From Polyangiaceae bacterium (GTDB taxonomy: Bacteria; Myxococcota_A; Polyangia; Polyangiales; Polyangiaceae), in contig JBNKBE010000004.1 in NCBI GenBank assembly GCA_050287085.1, positions 128,288 to 192,287 of the forward strand: a stretch of 64,000 nt of DNA. The letters run 5' to 3'. The notes below the pieces were generated by a model. That model was given only the letters and a program-made list of their open reading frames with translations, was not told where the DNA came from and did not search any database. Below are positions 60,919-64,000 of this stretch, one piece after another. The first letter of the stretch is position 1. Each line of letters begins with the position of its first letter. Made by a program: the position numbers and the translations under genes.

Positions 60919-61224
60919 GTCTTGCTTTCCGTCGCTAGAGCCATCGCTTGCACCCCTCAGGTGTCCGCGATCTCAAACTCGAGTGCAAGGCCCTTCGGCG
61001 GTCGCCCCGATTCCCCGTGAGCTCGCGCCGCGTCGTTGCGGGTGAGCCCTTTCCCTATCGGTCCGTGGAAGCTGCCCGGCTCCAAGAATGAATGACGGAC
61101 TGCTTGGGACTGCCGACGGGAGTTCGCCACGCTCCCCTCGGACAGCTCGCATCACCTTGGAAGTCCCACCACGGCCCCCCGGGCTGCACCCGAGGTGAAG
61201 GGCGACCCAGGGCTATTCGACGGC

Positions 61225-61563
61225 TTATTCGACAACGTCGCCGGGCCGCCCCCGGACCGTCTCGCCGCTGCGTCGACGTTTGGCGTCCATCGCGCCCTTG
61301 GTCGCGTCGATCTGGCGCTCCAACTTGTCGATGACCTTGTCGATGGCGGCGTAGAGATCGTCGTTGGTCTCCCGTGCCTCGTGATGCTCTTGGCCGCTTG
61401 ACACACGCACTTCGGCCGACTTCTCGTGCTTCTCGACGGACAGAGTCACCTTCGCTGTCATGGGTTGACGCAGGAACTTCTGGACTTTGGCGACCTTCTC
61501 AGTCGCGTAGGTTTTGATGGCGTCCGTCGCTTCCATGTGCCGAAAGGTTATCGATATGTTCAT
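61225..61563 (-). CDS. hpf: Ribosome hibernation factor (short HPF)
   Basis: MNISITFRHMEAT, DLYAAIDKVIDKLERQ; downstream of rpoN. Confidence 0.93.
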   Translation of the reverse strand: MNISITFRHMEATDAIKTYATEKVAKVQKFLRQPMTAKVTLSVEKHEKSAEVRVSSGQEHHEARETNDDLYAAIDKVIDKLERQIDATKGAMDAKRRRSGETVRGRPGDVVE

Positions 61564-61897
61564 GTTCTCCTCGTCATTGCCTTGACACTACCTCGGCCTT
61601 CTGAGCCCAAGCGGGCCCGCCGAAGCTTGCTGACCGCGACCGTTTGGTGCGGCATTGTGTGGGAGCGGCCTTTGTGTGGGATAGGCGGCGTGAGTCGACC
61701 TCACACAGCCTTGGCGAGTCCCGCTATTGGCCAGACCCGATACAACCAGAACCGATCTGTGATCGGTAGTCTAAAAGCACCTAAGAACCTGGATTCTGCC
61801 AACCTGCCCATTTGTTTGCGAGCTAGCTTTGGGGCCCATCAAAGGCCGTTGGAACCATTGTCGGGTGTAAACCCGAACGAAGTAAGCGGTGGGTGAG

Positions 61898-63397
61898 TCA
61901 GAAGTGCTTCTTACGCTTTGAGGATGAGAGGATGCCCAGCATCTCTCGATACTTTGCAACAGTTCGGCGGGCGATCTTTATTCCCGATTGCGCTTCGAGC
62001 AGCTTGACGATCGCTTGGTCGCTGTAGGGATTCGACTTTTCTTCTTCGTCGATGAGCTTCTTGATCGCCTGTTTGACACTTTCGCTTGCGATGTCTTCGT
62101 CGGCGACGCGGCGAATACTGGAATTGAAGAAGTACTTCAGTTCAAATAGCCCTTGCGGAGTGTGAACGTACTTGTTCGTCGTGACGCGTGAGATCGTCGA
62201 TTCATGCATCCCCACGTCGTCAGCGACGTCTCGCAAGATCATCGGTCGAAGTGCCCCCACTCCTTTCTCGAAGAAGTCGCGTTGCATCTTCACGATGCAC
62301 TCTGTCACTCGAATGATCGTCTTGTGTCGCTGCTCGATGGCACGGATCAGCCACAGAGCGTTCTTCAATTTCTCTTCGACAAACTCCTTGGCACTAGGGT
62401 CTCGCAGCAGTTTCTCCTTCAATGCCTCGTTGATCTGGAGTCGCTGCAGGCCGCGATCATTGTCGACGACTCGAAAGTCGTCCCCGTCTCGAACAACGTA
62501 GACGTCCGGAGTGATCGCTATGCTGCGTTCGTCGATATCGCTGAAGTTCCGAGCCGGGCGGCTTTCGAGCTTCTGGATTTCTTTGGCCGCTTCGTAGACC
62601 TCTTCCAGCGGCAACTTCAGATCCTTGGCTATCGCCGGATAGTTGTGTCGTTCGAGGTTGCCCATATGATCGTGCAAGATCTGGATCTCGATATCCTCGT
62701 ACCCGTAGGCTTTGGCCTGGACGAGTAGACACTCGCGCAAATCGCGAGCCGCGACGCCAAGGGGATCGAAGTTCTGAATCATTTCGAGGACGAGCGGAGC
62801 GTCCTCGGGATCGAGGCCCACTTCCGTGGCCAGATCTTCGATCGTCAAGTCGGGCGTGCGCGTGCCGTCGGGGCGCTCGACACCCGCCAGATCCAGGTAG
62901 CCGCGCTCATCAAGATTACCGATCACGAGCTCACCGAACATGCGCTCGACATCGGTGAAGTCACCTAGCTGCAGCTGCCAGAGCAGATGCTCCTGCAACG
63001 ACTCCGATCGCGTTAGGTTCTGTTCGATCGGCGGCAGGTCATCATTGCCCCCCGGTCGTTGTCCTCCACCCGGCTGCTGCTGGGTGCGGTTCTCGAGAAA
63101 CTTCTCCCAATCGACCTCCTTGGCCGCCTTCTCCCCTTCACGCCCCTCTTCGGTTTGGGTGTAGCGCTCTTTTTCTTGAAGCTGCGCTGCTTCTACCTGT
63201 GGCGCTTCGCGGGTGCGGCCCGGGTTCTTCGGATCGGTCGTATCGGGATCGTCGGTCAGGATGGGGTTGCCATCCAACTCTTTGCGAACCTCATCCACCA
63301 ACTCAAGGCGCGACAGTTGCAGCAAGCGGATCGCCTGCTGAAGCTGGGGCGTCATCACCAGCTGTTGGCTCAATTTGAGTTGTTGTTTGAGTTCCAT
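61898..63397 (-). CDS. rpoN: RNA polymerase sigma-54
   Basis: MTPQLQQAIRLLQL, HESTISR, RpoN box ARRTVAKYRE; ATG 63397. Confidence 0.98.
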   Translation of the reverse strand: MELKQQLKLSQQLVMTPQLQQAIRLLQLSRLELVDEVRKELDGNPILTDDPDTTDPKNPGRTREAPQVEAAQLQEKERYTQTEEGREGEKAAKEVDWEKFLENRTQQQPGGGQRPGGNDDLPPIEQNLTRSESLQEHLLWQLQLGDFTDVERMFGELVIGNLDERGYLDLAGVERPDGTRTPDLTIEDLATEVGLDPEDAPLVLEMIQNFDPLGVAARDLRECLLVQAKAYGYEDIEIQILHDHMGNLERHNYPAIAKDLKLPLEEVYEAAKEIQKLESRPARNFSDIDERSIAITPDVYVVRDGDDFRVVDNDRGLQRLQINEALKEKLLRDPSAKEFVEEKLKNALWLIRAIEQRHKTIIRVTECIVKMQRDFFEKGVGALRPMILRDVADDVGMHESTISRVTTNKYVHTPQGLFELKYFFNSSIRRVADEDIASESVKQAIKKLIDEEEKSNPYSDQAIVKLLEAQSGIKIARRTVAKYREMLGILSSSKRKKHF

Positions 63398-63674
63398 CGG
63401 CAAGGCAGAGGCCTCGCGACTTTCGCGAGGGCAACAACAGGCAGTCTAACACCCACGCAGGATTCGTCAGCGGAAAGCCCGGGAAATCGGCGAGTCCAAC
63501 GAGCAAGCTCAGAACCGGGCCGGCTCAACGAACGAAAACGCTAGGGGCTGGGCCGTATGCCTAGAAGGCACCCCCTCTTCTTGGGTCGTGGGACGGCTCA
63601 CACTTGTCTACAGGCGGGCGGGACCTGCCGAAAAGTTCTAACCGAGTATTGCGGGGTCCTACCATGTGCGGGTC

Positions 63675-64000
63675 ATGCCTGCTCTGCACGTCGTTCGCCC
63701 TCAGGGGGTACGCTTGGTCCACCCTGCCCTGATTGAATTCCTGGGGCTCTTTCAGGCTCGTGCGGTGCTTCAGTCGAGCTCGGCCGAACTCGGCTCAGAG
63801 CAGGTTGCGTCGCTGCTTGCAGACGTCGCGTTGGGGGCGCGCGAGCTCTACGAAGCGGGCAAGACGGGCTGTTCAGTACCCATTGATCTGGGCCGGGAGA
63901 GCTGGGAGCTCGGACTGCGCGCCGACGGTACCGACCTGCTGGTGAGCCTATTTCGGCAAGGGCCAATCGCCGAGGTGGCGGTATTTCGCACCCGCATTGC
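63675..64000 (+). CDS. Partial hypothetical protein (runs off window)
   Basis: Own translation MPALHVVRP...WELGLRADGTDLLVSLFRQGP..., open to the window end, divergent from rpoN. Confidence 0.5.
   Translation, partial: MPALHVVRPQGVRLVHPALIEFLGLFQARAVLQSSSAELGSEQVASLLADVALGARELYEAGKTGCSVPIDLGRESWELGLRADGTDLLVSLFRQGPIAEVAVFRTRI

Noticed and set aside
60919..61224. Structured ncRNA between hpf and ptsN
   Set aside because: GC-rich with possible stems but no family motif I can recognise; needs an Rfam search.

Overview
GC-rich bacterial chromosome segment. The gene repertoire (Cys/Gly-rich lipoproteins, Bd0055-like histone, solo groEL, rpoN-hpf-ptsN-hprK-rapZ-ptsH-ptsI) suggests a myxobacterium, probably Polyangiales (inference). 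Most genes are housekeeping: fabI, hisHF, cysE, htpG, yqgF, mltG, tkt, nagZ, glmM, yajQ, folC, dut, bamD, greA, yfgM/bamB-like, groEL, tRNA-Gln/Glu, imuA-imuB-dnaE2, larE, pnp, rpsO and a PTS/rpoN cluster. The window appears to contain the replication terminus: a clear XerCD dif site at 43485-43512, flanked by repeat mosaics, with converging genes and KOPS-like octamers. The most unusual locus is a minus-strand operon at 19814-22118. It encodes a 123-aa signal-peptide + coiled-coil + VgrG/gp5-type beta-helix 'mini-spike', a PAAR tip protein that also has a signal peptide, and a translationally coupled Cys-rich lipoprotein, with no tube, sheath or baseplate genes in the window. This is a candidate Sec-exported, contraction-independent spike system. 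Also notable: a zinc-finger histone, a low-GC imuABC cassette behind a 46-bp palindrome with SOS-like boxes, and a frameshifted Gly-rich lipoprotein. All calls come from reading motifs by eye; no searches were run.
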